From IMG/VR virus record IMGVR_UViG_3300045918_000199, positions 1 through 45,008 of that record: a stretch of DNA of 45,008 bases, one strand, 5' to 3'. The notes beneath the pieces are model-generated. The model was not told the origin of the DNA. It did not search any database and saw nothing but the letters and a program-made list of their open reading frames with translations. Below are positions 17,712 through 24,857 of this stretch, piece after piece. Both the position numbers and the translations under genes were made by a program. Origin of the DNA: a virus. Each line of letters begins with the position of its first letter. The stretch's first letter is position 1.

Positions 17712-17722
17712 GGTCAATCCTT
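17708..17722 (-). repeat. 15-nt identical initiation region (AAGGATTGACCATGA), copy 1; copy 2 at 18004-18018
   Basis: tcatggtcaatcctt is read on the plus strand at both positions. Each copy spans the RBS and ATG of a small gene. Confidence 0.85.
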
Positions 17723-18007
17723 TGGGAGAACAACTAAACTAACGTCAGTCGTCCCTTGTGTTGGGCTGCCGCACTTAACTGAAAACACCGTGGCGAATGT
17801 TTCGCTGGTTTTCATGCGCTCAAGGTCATCCGGGTACATATACGCCACCGGCTCACCAATACGCTTGATGTAGTCCTGAATGGCTAGTTCGTAGAAGCGG
17901 ACAAAGAAAGCCAATTCCTCCCCTTCGGGGATGCCATCATCTTCTGAATATTCTGGATGCTCTTTAGCAGCAGCAACAGCCAGTTCAATCACTCTGTCTT
18001 TATTCAT
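17714..18007 (-). CDS. Hypothetical protein carrying the duplicated AYMY-DD...KTSE domain
   Basis: 97 aa from ATG 18007 (the track start at 18013 is TTG). The C-terminal VAYMYPDDLERMKTSETFATVFSVKCGSPTQGTTDV is about 50 % identical to the middle of 16691..17275. Confidence 0.6.
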   Translation of the reverse strand: MNKDRVIELAVAAAKEHPEYSEDDGIPEGEELAFFVRFYELAIQDYIKRIGEPVAYMYPDDLERMKTSETFATVFSVKCGSPTQGTTDVSLVVLPKD

Positions 18008-18016
18008 GGTCAATCC

Positions 18017-20002
18017 TTAAACAATACTGATGCAATCGTTTTCCATGCAGTAGGGTGCATCGTCCCCTTCGCACAGCGCGCTCAGTGCGCGACCAGCCCG
18101 CTGCTTGCGGGTGTCTCTCTTGCCATCGGGCGCCGGCATACGCTTGGCTGCCTCTTCCACAATGGCCTTGACCTCGATGCCTGAGTTCTGGCTCTGCGCG
18201 AACTCCTGCACCACCTCGTTGACGACGCGCTCAACCAGACCCAGCTTGCGACTGGTCGATGGCCCTGGCAGCACGTTGTTGGACTCCACCACCACGCAGC
18301 TGGTGATGATGTCGTCATCCTCATCCATCCCGACGTTGACAGTCTCCAGCTTGAAGCCCCAGATCGACTCGTCCTCGGCGTCCTTTTGCTTGCTGGCACG
18401 CATAGCTCTGGCGTCACCTGACCTGACCACCTCGAACTCAGTATCACAGGCAGCGCGCAGGCCCGACCAGCCCCGGGCGCCCTTGCTGGCGTCCTTGCCT
18501 GAGTGGTGAACCAGCAGCACCATGGCGCCGGTGGCCTTGTGGATGCCCTTGCAGTGAGCCATGGCCTTACCCATATCCTCGCCGCTGTTCTCGTTGCCAC
18601 CCGGGGTGGTCTGAGCCAGGGTATCGACGATGACCGCTGCGGCCTTGCCGATGAGCCTGGCAATCTCCAGAGCGTCTTCTTTTAACAACAGGTTGGGGGC
18701 GGCCGCGATGACCTTGTAGTTCTTGACCGTGGCCAGGTCGATGTTGTTGGCCAGCGCGTAGGCGATCAAGCGCTTCCTGAAGCCCTCAGCGCCCTCGGCC
18801 ACGATATGCACCACAACCCCCTGCTCTACCTTGTTGCCCCGCCAAGGCACCCCCCGGGCTATCGCCATGGCCAGGTCCAACGCCATGAAAGACTTGCCCG
18901 AGCCCGACTCGCCATACAGGACAGCCAGCTCGGCCTTGGGCAGCACGTTCTTGATAAGCCAGGACTGGGACTTGAGCACCGCGAAGTCGGCGCAGTCGAC
19001 CAGCTCGAAGCGAGACTTCTTACGAACTTCTTGCCCTTCGCTTTCACTCTGGAACTCGCTAGTTGAAGCTGAAGTATTCGCGGTTTGGGAATCGCGAATG
19101 GCCTCGAACTCTTCCATGCTGGCCGGCCCGTTGAGCGTGATGCGGGCACCGTGCTCGTTGGCCAGCCGCACCAGAGACCTGGCGGTGACCACCCGGCCTG
19201 AGCCCTTGCCGAAGCTGTTCCAGCGCTCGATACCGTAGTCCCGGTCGCTGTACTTAGCGCTGCGCTGGCTCCACTCATCCCACAGCTCGAAGCCCTCGCC
19301 CTGGGTCTCGTGGTGGATGGCCATGCCGACGTTGACCCACTTGTCATAATCCATGTCCTCGGGCAACACATCCAGGCACTCGACCAGCTGGGCCTGGGTG
19401 AGCCCCAGGGGCTGCTCGTTGCTCTCGCCCATGGCCTGGGCTGTCAGCTCACGCTTGAAGCGCAGCTGGCACAGGGCCTGGACCTCGGGGGTGACCTCGG
19501 CCACCACGTTGGTATTCCCGAGCAGCTCGCAAGCCATCAACGGGTTCAGAGTGACCGTTACGAAGCCCTTAGAAGAGAAGGTCTCGAAGCCAAAGGGCGC
19601 CCCGTGTGACTTCAGGTCCCCGAGGTTTCCCTTGAAGAACGCTCGGATGCCTTTGCCGCTGGGGCTGAGTTCGGCGTAGGAAGACCCAAGTACAGCGCTG
19701 ACCTCTGGATGAATTTCGCCTGTGCCCTCGGCGACGCACCCGTCGAAGTCAAGAGCTGTGATGCCGAACTCAGCAAGTGGCGCGAATCCGACGCCAGTGA
19801 ACTTGCGTTTCTTAGCTGCTGCAGCTGCCTCTGCGAAAGTGACAAGCTGGCTGCGGTCCTCTGGCCTTCCTTGCACACCGTGGCGTCGGCCACCGTTGGC
19901 GTAATAGGGTACTTTTCGTTTCTTCGCATCGCCATTATCCTCGTATTGCCAAACCAGCCAGCCGGGTAAATCCCGGAGGGCGTCGGGGGGTGCTGTAATC
20001 AT
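18017..20002 (-). CDS. Bifunctional primase-polymerase / PriCT / RepA-like helicase ATPase
   Basis: 661 aa. N-terminal prim-pol motifs ITALDFDG and SPSGKGIRAFF. PriCT-like WVNVGMAIHHET...ELWDEWSQRSAKY. Walker A GESGSGKS and Walker B VIVDTL. Confidence 0.85.
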   Translation of the reverse strand: MITAPPDALRDLPGWLVWQYEDNGDAKKRKVPYYANGGRRHGVQGRPEDRSQLVTFAEAAAAAKKRKFTGVGFAPLAEFGITALDFDGCVAEGTGEIHPEVSAVLGSSYAELSPSGKGIRAFFKGNLGDLKSHGAPFGFETFSSKGFVTVTLNPLMACELLGNTNVVAEVTPEVQALCQLRFKRELTAQAMGESNEQPLGLTQAQLVECLDVLPEDMDYDKWVNVGMAIHHETQGEGFELWDEWSQRSAKYSDRDYGIERWNSFGKGSGRVVTARSLVRLANEHGARITLNGPASMEEFEAIRDSQTANTSASTSEFQSESEGQEVRKKSRFELVDCADFAVLKSQSWLIKNVLPKAELAVLYGESGSGKSFMALDLAMAIARGVPWRGNKVEQGVVVHIVAEGAEGFRKRLIAYALANNIDLATVKNYKVIAAAPNLLLKEDALEIARLIGKAAAVIVDTLAQTTPGGNENSGEDMGKAMAHCKGIHKATGAMVLLVHHSGKDASKGARGWSGLRAACDTEFEVVRSGDARAMRASKQKDAEDESIWGFKLETVNVGMDEDDDIITSCVVVESNNVLPGPSTSRKLGLVERVVNEVVQEFAQSQNSGIEVKAIVEEAAKRMPAPDGKRDTRKQRAGRALSALCEGDDAPYCMENDCISIV

Positions 20003-20008
20003 CGCAGC

Positions 20009-20341
20009 TCACCCCTTTTTCGCGGAGGTATCGTCCAGGATAGGGAACTCCCCTCGGATAGCGGCTGGGCCTAAACACTTCTGGGCAAAATAACACTCGC
20101 GGCACGCGGTCACGAGGTCGGTGCGGTAGATGAGTGGCAGCCGGCCCCCGGTGGCCTTGTGCATCTCGGCACTCACGCGCTCGATGGCGGCGGCCAGGCG
20201 CGGCTTTGGCTCCCTGCTGTAGAGCTTGTCCTCACTGGCAGACAAATGGTAGAGGTACTGTTTAGTAGTCCCCACCCTGTCAGCCAGCATTTGCTGCTCT
20301 GCGGAAGTCGCAGCGTGCATCCAAACTTTGATAATGTTCAC
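20009..20341 (-). CDS. Cro/YdaS-like HTH regulator, first gene of the leftward early arm
   Basis: 110 aa. GTG at 20341 with AGGAGA 6 nt upstream. HTH segment SAEQQMLADRVGTTKQYLYHLSA. Divergent from the rightward arm. Confidence 0.7.
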   Translation of the reverse strand: MNIIKVWMHAATSAEQQMLADRVGTTKQYLYHLSASEDKLYSREPKPRLAAAIERVSAEMHKATGGRLPLIYRTDLVTACRECYFAQKCLGPAAIRGEFPILDDTSAKKG

Positions 20342-20363
20342 GTTTTTCTCCTAGTGAGCGGGC

Positions 20364-20390
20364 AGTATAGCACGCGCTGAAAAACCTTAA
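20364..20390 (-). promoter_or_regulatory. Candidate leftward early promoter
   Basis: On the minus strand: TTAAGG (20390-20385), 15-nt spacer, TATACT (20369-20364). The spacer is short, so this is weak. CTTAAGCA occurs here and TTTAAGCA at 20434, which could be operator half-sites. Confidence 0.25.
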
Positions 20391-20423
20391 GCAGTTGTGT
20401 TTGCGCAACAGATGACCTTACTG

Positions 20424-20452
20424 TTGGCGTGGCTTTAAGCACATGCTAATAT
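20424..20452 (+). promoter_or_regulatory. Candidate rightward early promoter
   Basis: TTGGCG (20424-20429), 17-nt spacer, TAATAT (20447-20452), 38 nt upstream of ATG 20491. Confidence 0.45.
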
Positions 20453-20490
20453 GCGGCTGTCGATTTTGACAACCAACCGGAGTTACCAAC

Positions 20491-20661
20491 ATGAAAACCT
20501 GCTCACAATGCGACGGCCAGCTCGCCCTCCTCGGCGCCCTCGGTCGCACCAAGCATTTCCGCTGCGTCAACTGCGGCGCCCAGTTCAGCCAAACACCCCG
20601 CGCTCCGAAAGCGCGCAAAGTCAAAACCTCCCTCTCAACTTCTGGAGCACAAAATGCTTAA
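20491..20661 (+). CDS. Small Zn-ribbon protein (CxxC...CxxC)
   Basis: 56 aa (MKTCSQCDG...HFRCVNCGAQF..), too short for the ORF track. GGAG lies 8 nt upstream. First gene after the divergent promoter region. Confidence 0.55.
   Translation: MKTCSQCDGQLALLGALGRTKHFRCVNCGAQFSQTPRAPKARKVKTSLSTSGAQNA
20637..20657 (+). repeat. 21-nt identical initiation region AACTTCTGGAGCACAAAATGC, copy 1; copy 2 at 20820-20840
   Basis: Read directly. Degenerate relatives occur at 21641-21659 and 24018-24037. Each spans the SD and ATG of a rightward gene. Confidence 0.85.
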
Positions 20662-20812
20662 GTACCTCAAAAACACCGTCATCGTGCTGACCTTCCCCGT
20701 GTGGGCTCTCTTTTTCGCCGTCGTCTGGTTTGGCGCCTCCACGATAGACGCTTTCGACGATGGCGTTCGCCTGCTGGCCGACATCCGCCGCGAGTGGAAA
20801 AACCGTCGCTGA
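20654..20812 (+). CDS. Small single-pass membrane protein
   Basis: 52 aa (MLKYLKNTVIVLTFPVWALFFAVVWFGAS..) with GGAG 6 nt upstream. Below the ORF-track size cutoff. Confidence 0.5.
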   Translation: MLKYLKNTVIVLTFPVWALFFAVVWFGASTIDAFDDGVRLLADIRREWKNRR

Positions 20813-20836
20813 CCCCTCTAACTTCTGGAGCACAAA

Positions 20837-21493
20837 ATGCAAAAATTCATCCTCAACATCGGCCTGCAGACCCGTGGCCATGTCGCCCACATCGAAGCCG
20901 CCGAGGTGTTCGAGAAAATGAGCAAGGCAGGCATCCCCGCTATCCGCGCGGCGCAGCACCAGTCGGACAGCGAGCTGACCCTGGTGGTCGAGGTCAAGAC
21001 CCACGTCGGCGTCACCCACGCTCAGATAGCCCTGCTCTCGCGCGACTTAGGCCAAGACTGCATCGCTGTCTGGTCGCCTTTCACCAACCGCGGCGCGCTG
21101 ATTGGCCCCCGCGCCAGCGAGTGGGGCGCCTTTGACCCCAAGCAGTTCTTCCTGATCGACGGCACCCGCCTGCAGGACCAGCAGGACGACAAGCTGCTGG
21201 CCGACCTGGGCGTCGGGGTCACCCCGGCCTCCCAGGTGGCCGCGCCAGTGCTGCGCGCCCTTGAGGCGTCCATCGCCCACGGCGCCGCCTACCAAGGCCA
21301 CCTGGACGACGGCAGCAGCGTGCAGAAGCACAGCGCCGGCCCGCTCTACCCCTGCGTGATCTACGCCCAGGAGACGCCCCGGGGCCTGCAGTGGGGGGTC
21401 ATCAGCCCTCGCCACCAGGAAGGCGTCCTGGTGGGCGCCCACGCAGCGGCGGTGGCCTACGCCGAGCTGGCCAACCAGCTGAGGACCGCGTGA
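20837..21493 (+). CDS. Hypothetical early protein
   Basis: 218-aa ORF. Its ATG sits in the conserved initiation motif. No family recognised. Confidence 0.7.
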   Translation: MQKFILNIGLQTRGHVAHIEAAEVFEKMSKAGIPAIRAAQHQSDSELTLVVEVKTHVGVTHAQIALLSRDLGQDCIAVWSPFTNRGALIGPRASEWGAFDPKQFFLIDGTRLQDQQDDKLLADLGVGVTPASQVAAPVLRALEASIAHGAAYQGHLDDGSSVQKHSAGPLYPCVIYAQETPRGLQWGVISPRHQEGVLVGAHAAAVAYAELANQLRTA

Positions 21494-21594
21494 ACCGCCT
21501 GCTCAAAGCTGTCCTGCGAGACCCGCTCTGGTGGGTCTTCATCACCCTGCTGGGTTGGGCGCTCAGCTTGGTGTACCAATTTTGCAACGGCTAA
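21490..21594 (+). CDS. Possible 34-aa membrane peptide
   Basis: GTGA overlap with the upstream stop. Sequence is VNRLLKAVLRDPLWWVFITLLGWALSLVYQFCNG. Supported only by the coupling and the hydrophobic core. Confidence 0.35.
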   Translation: MNRLLKAVLRDPLWWVFITLLGWALSLVYQFCNG

Positions 21595-21656
21595 AATTAT
21601 TTGTTGGCAGCTGCGAAAATCGTGAGAGAATTTCAACCCTAAACCTGGAGCACTTT

Positions 21657-21872
21657 ATGCACGCCCTTCACACCATCCACAAGATCAACGCGCAGGCAGT
21701 CCTGCGTGAGCGTGAGCGCATGGTCAGCGCCGGCAAGTTCGTCGTCGACGAGTACACCGGCCTGAACTACCTCACCTCCCACTCTCGCGACAACGAGGCC
21801 GAGGCCAACGCCCTGGCCTGCGAGATTGGCAACAAGACCGGCCACCGCGCCCAGGTCATCCACCCCTCTTAA
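21657..21872 (+). CDS. Hypothetical small protein
   Basis: 71 aa from ATG 21657, with CTGGAG 6 nt upstream. The longer track ORF starting at 21531 lacks an RBS. Confidence 0.6.
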   Translation: MHALHTIHKINAQAVLRERERMVSAGKFVVDEYTGLNYLTSHSRDNEAEANALACEIGNKTGHRAQVIHPS

Positions 21873-21900
21873 TTCCCCAACCACCCTGAAAGGACCCCCC

Positions 21901-22347
21901 GTGATTAAAGTTACCCTTGAGTTCAACAGCTGGGCAGAAGCTGTCGCCTACATGGGCAGCGGCGAGAAAGCCGTTGCTGCAGGCAAAGCCGCAGGCACCC
22001 CTGGCATCGGCCCAAAGGCCACCACCGTCGCCGATGTTGTCGCCGAACGCGCGGCGAGCGGCAGCACCCTGGCCGCAGCGAAGGACAACGCGATAAAAAA
22101 GAATGCTGCTGCGGCACCTTCCGCACCGGCAGCCCCCGCTGCAGCGCCTGCCTCTTCGAGCGTGGACTACGCTACTCTCGCGAAAGCTGTGTTTGAGCTG
22201 GCCACCAAGAACCGCGACACCGCTCGCGCCCTGGTCGACAGCTTCGGCGTGAAGACCTTCAAGGAGCTGGACCCCAGCCTGTGGGGCCAAGCTCTGGAGC
22301 AGGTCAACACCAAGCTGGCCGAACTCCAGACGGGAGCGGTGGCGTGA
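21901..22347 (+). CDS. Hypothetical protein with an Ala/Pro-rich linker
   Basis: 148 aa from GTG 21901, with AAGGA 7 nt upstream. The track start at 21826 is a TTG that overlaps the previous gene. Confidence 0.55.
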   Translation: MIKVTLEFNSWAEAVAYMGSGEKAVAAGKAAGTPGIGPKATTVADVVAERAASGSTLAAAKDNAIKKNAAAAPSAPAAPAAAPASSSVDYATLAKAVFELATKNRDTARALVDSFGVKTFKELDPSLWGQALEQVNTKLAELQTGAVA

Positions 22348-22583
22348 ACCGTCGCACGTCCAAGCTACTGCGCTTCGTGGCCGTCGCGCTCATCCAAGGG
22401 CGCATGGTCGAGAAGCCGGGCTCCCAGGGGCGCAACAACGCCCAGCTGGTGAACCCCGCCACCCGCCTTGCGCGCAAGCTCAAGCGCGAGTGGAATCTGA
22501 AACCCCGACCAGTGCGCAACACGCAGCGTCTCGCGCTCATCCGCACGCTGGTCCAACTGGAGGGCAGTCATGTCCCAGCCTAA
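22344..22583 (+). CDS. Small basic protein
   Basis: 79 aa. GTGA coupling, with GGGAG 9 nt upstream. Arg/Lys-rich. Confidence 0.5.
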   Translation: MNRRTSKLLRFVAVALIQGRMVEKPGSQGRNNAQLVNPATRLARKLKREWNLKPRPVRNTQRLALIRTLVQLEGSHVPA

Positions 22584-22764
22584 GTTGTTCCGCCAGGTCA
22601 ACGTCGCGGTGGAGTTTTCGTTCTCCATTGTCGACAGCGACAAAGCCGACACGTTGCAGCTGGTGCTCGATCACCTGCGCCCGGCCCTTGCCAACATGGC
22701 AGCAGGTGGCCAGTTGGCGGTGACCGAGCCTAAAGTCCGCGTTTGGGAGCGTCTCGATGACTGA
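22570..22764 (+). CDS. Hypothetical small protein
   Basis: 64 aa with GGAGGG 6 nt upstream of ATG 22570. Confidence 0.6.
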   Translation: MSQPKLFRQVNVAVEFSFSIVDSDKADTLQLVLDHLRPALANMAAGGQLAVTEPKVRVWERLDD

Positions 22765-24019
22765 AGCAGCACACAGCAAGTACAGCGCCTCGGGCTTCGA
22801 GGCTGCGATGCTCTGCCCAGGCAAGCCCGTCATGGAAGAGGGCAAGCCCAACAACGGCAACATCTACAGCGCCACCGGCACTGTGGCCCACCACCTGCTG
22901 GAGCTGGCGCTGCGCGATGGCGCCGAGCCGGCCGGCTTCCTGGGTCGACGCTTCCAGGAGGCTGGCTTCGACATCGAGGTCGACGAGGACATGGTCACCG
23001 CGGTCACCACCGCGCTGGCCAACATCCGCGACTTCGCTGGCGACGGCATGCTGCTGAGCGAGCAGAAGGTGAACTACGCCAACTACCTGGGTGTCGACAA
23101 GGACCAGGCCTGGGGCACCGCTGATGTGATCGTGGCACGCGGCGATGAGCTGCAGGTCCACGACTACAAGAACGGCAGCGGCGTCATCGTCGAGGCCGTG
23201 GAGAACCCGCAGATGATGCTCTATGGTCTCGGTGCCCTTGAGGCGGTCGAGGACCTGCTGGGCCCCTTCAACGAGGTCAGGCTGGTCATCCACCAACCCA
23301 ACGCACGCGACACCCCAAGCGAGTGGACCATCAGCGTCGAGGACCTCAAGACCTGGGGCTTCGAGACTGCCAGCGCCGCGGTGGGCACACGCAAGCAGGC
23401 GGCCGACGAGTTCCTGATGGCTGATCAGGCCTGGCTCGACGCCTACCTGATGCCGGGCGAGAAGCAGTGCAAGTTCTGCAAGGCCAAGGCTACCTGCCCA
23501 AAGCTGCGCGCCGAGGTGTTCGACGCAGTTGGGGTTGACGCCGCCACAGCTGACGAGTTCGCCGAGGTGCAAGCTGAAGACATCAAGCCCTCGTCGACCG
23601 ATGTCGAGTGGCTCTCGGTGGTGCTGGCCAAGGCCGACCTGATCGAAGACTGGGTCAAGGCAGTGCGCGCTGCAGTCGAGAGCAAGCTGCTGGCTGGCGA
23701 AGAGGTGCCAGGCTGGAAGGTGGTGCAGGGCAAGAAGGGCAACCGCAAGTGGGCGGACCCGACAGAGGTCGAGACCACATTCAAGTCGATGCGCCTGAAG
23801 GTCGAAGAGATGTACGACTTCAAGCTCATCAGCCCGACCAGCGCAGAGAAGCTGCACAAGGCCAAGGTGATCGGTGTCAAGCAGTGGCCCAAGCTGCAGG
23901 CGCTCATCACGCAACACGAGGGCAAGCCACATGTGGCGCCCGATTCCGATTCTCGTCCGGCATTGACACTGACGCCGGTCGCTGATGATTTCACCGATGT
24001 CAGTGTCGACCTCGCTTAA
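22757..24019 (+). CDS. PD-(D/E)xK nuclease with Cas4-like Cys cluster (DUF2800-like)
   Basis: 420 aa. N-terminal HSKYSASGFEAAMLCPG. Nuclease core ADVIV...LQVHDYKNGSG. C-terminal cluster CKFCKAKATC. Lies upstream of the DUF2815-like gene and the polymerase, as in the known replication module. Confidence 0.75.
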   Translation: MTEAAHSKYSASGFEAAMLCPGKPVMEEGKPNNGNIYSATGTVAHHLLELALRDGAEPAGFLGRRFQEAGFDIEVDEDMVTAVTTALANIRDFAGDGMLLSEQKVNYANYLGVDKDQAWGTADVIVARGDELQVHDYKNGSGVIVEAVENPQMMLYGLGALEAVEDLLGPFNEVRLVIHQPNARDTPSEWTISVEDLKTWGFETASAAVGTRKQAADEFLMADQAWLDAYLMPGEKQCKFCKAKATCPKLRAEVFDAVGVDAATADEFAEVQAEDIKPSSTDVEWLSVVLAKADLIEDWVKAVRAAVESKLLAGEEVPGWKVVQGKKGNRKWADPTEVETTFKSMRLKVEEMYDFKLISPTSAEKLHKAKVIGVKQWPKLQALITQHEGKPHVAPDSDSRPALTLTPVADDFTDVSVDLA

Positions 24020-24034
24020 CTTTTGGAGAACCCT

Positions 24035-24616
24035 ATGAGCGATAACAAAGCAACCCCCATCGGCCGCCTCATGTTGAAGAACGTGCGCCTGGCTTTCCCC
24101 AACCTGTTCACCCCGACCACGGTCGGTGGCGAGGGCGAGCCACGCTACAGCGCCATGCTCATCCTGCCGCCAGATCACCCGCAGCTCAAAGAGTTGGAGA
24201 CCAAGATGAAGGCCGTGGCCAAGGACAAGTGGAAGGACAAAGCCGCCGCCACCTACACCGCGCTGGAGAAGACCGACAAGCTGGCGCTGCACGACGGCGA
24301 CACCAAGGCCCAGTACGACGGCGTCGCTGGCAACATGTTCATCAGCGCAGCAGCGCAGCAGAGCGCTCGCCCCACGGTGATCGGCAAGGACCGCAGCCCG
24401 CTGACCGAAAAGGACGGCGTGGTCTACGCTGGCTGCTACGTCAACGTGAGCATCGACCTCTGGCCGCAGGACAACAAGTACGGCAAGCGCATCAACGCGC
24501 AGCTGCGCGGCGTGCAGTTCGTGCGCGACGGTGACGCCTTCGCCGCTGGCCGCCCGGCTGACAGCGATGAGTTCGAGGACGTGGCCGAAGGCAGCGACGC
24601 CGGAGACTTCGCCTAA
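24035..24616 (+). CDS. ssDNA-binding protein-like (DUF2815-like) with acidic C-terminal tail
   Basis: 193 aa from ATG 24035 (GGAG 6 nt upstream; the track start at 24023 is TTG). N-terminal LKNVRLAFPNLF and tail SDEFEDVAEGSDAGDFA. Confidence 0.75.
   Translation: MSDNKATPIGRLMLKNVRLAFPNLFTPTTVGGEGEPRYSAMLILPPDHPQLKELETKMKAVAKDKWKDKAAATYTALEKTDKLALHDGDTKAQYDGVAGNMFISAAAQQSARPTVIGKDRSPLTEKDGVVYAGCYVNVSIDLWPQDNKYGKRINAQLRGVQFVRDGDAFAAGRPADSDEFEDVAEGSDAGDFA
24566..24585 (+). repeat. 20-nt exact repeat gatgagttcgaggacgtggc encoding DEFEDVA, copy 1; copy 2 at 27194-27213
   Basis: Read directly in both genes (the SSB-like tail and the 75-aa Zn-ribbon protein tail). Confidence 0.9.
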
Positions 24617-24685
24617 AGAACATTGTGGGTGCCGACGACGTTCCGAACTGGGTGTCACTCCCCCGGTACAAAGGCCCTTGATAGC

Positions 24686-24725
24686 TGCAGCCCCCGTTCC
24701 CACCAGATACATGGCGGGGGCTGCA
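24686..24725 (+). other. Perfect 11-bp stem hairpin in the 241-nt non-coding gap
   Basis: TGCAGCCCCCG (24686-24696) pairs with CGGGGGCTGCA (24715-24725) across an 18-nt loop. No U-tract follows. Confidence 0.45.
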
Positions 24726-24809
24726 ATAGCGAAACCCGGTCGGCGCAAATTGATACGGGGAATCTTGGGCAACGAGTGTTTATAAGCGAGGCTGGTACTG
24801 ACAGTCGCC

Positions 24810-24831
24810 GCAGGGGGCCCCGCCCCGCTGC
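24810..24831 (+). other. GC-rich hairpin 27 nt upstream of the polymerase ATG
   Basis: GCAGGGGGC / GCCCC-G-CTGC with a CCC loop and one bulge. The polymerase start has no clear SD sequence. Confidence 0.3.
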
Positions 24832-24857
24832 TGCGCAGAGTCACTCCGGCCTCACTT

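Noticed and set aside
18017-20002. Possible loss of the conserved His in prim-pol motif II (SPSGKGIRAFF, with Arg where many prim-pols have His)
   Set aside because: I cannot align to the family profile without tools, and motif II varies between prim-pol clades. Noted but not claimed as an inactivating change.
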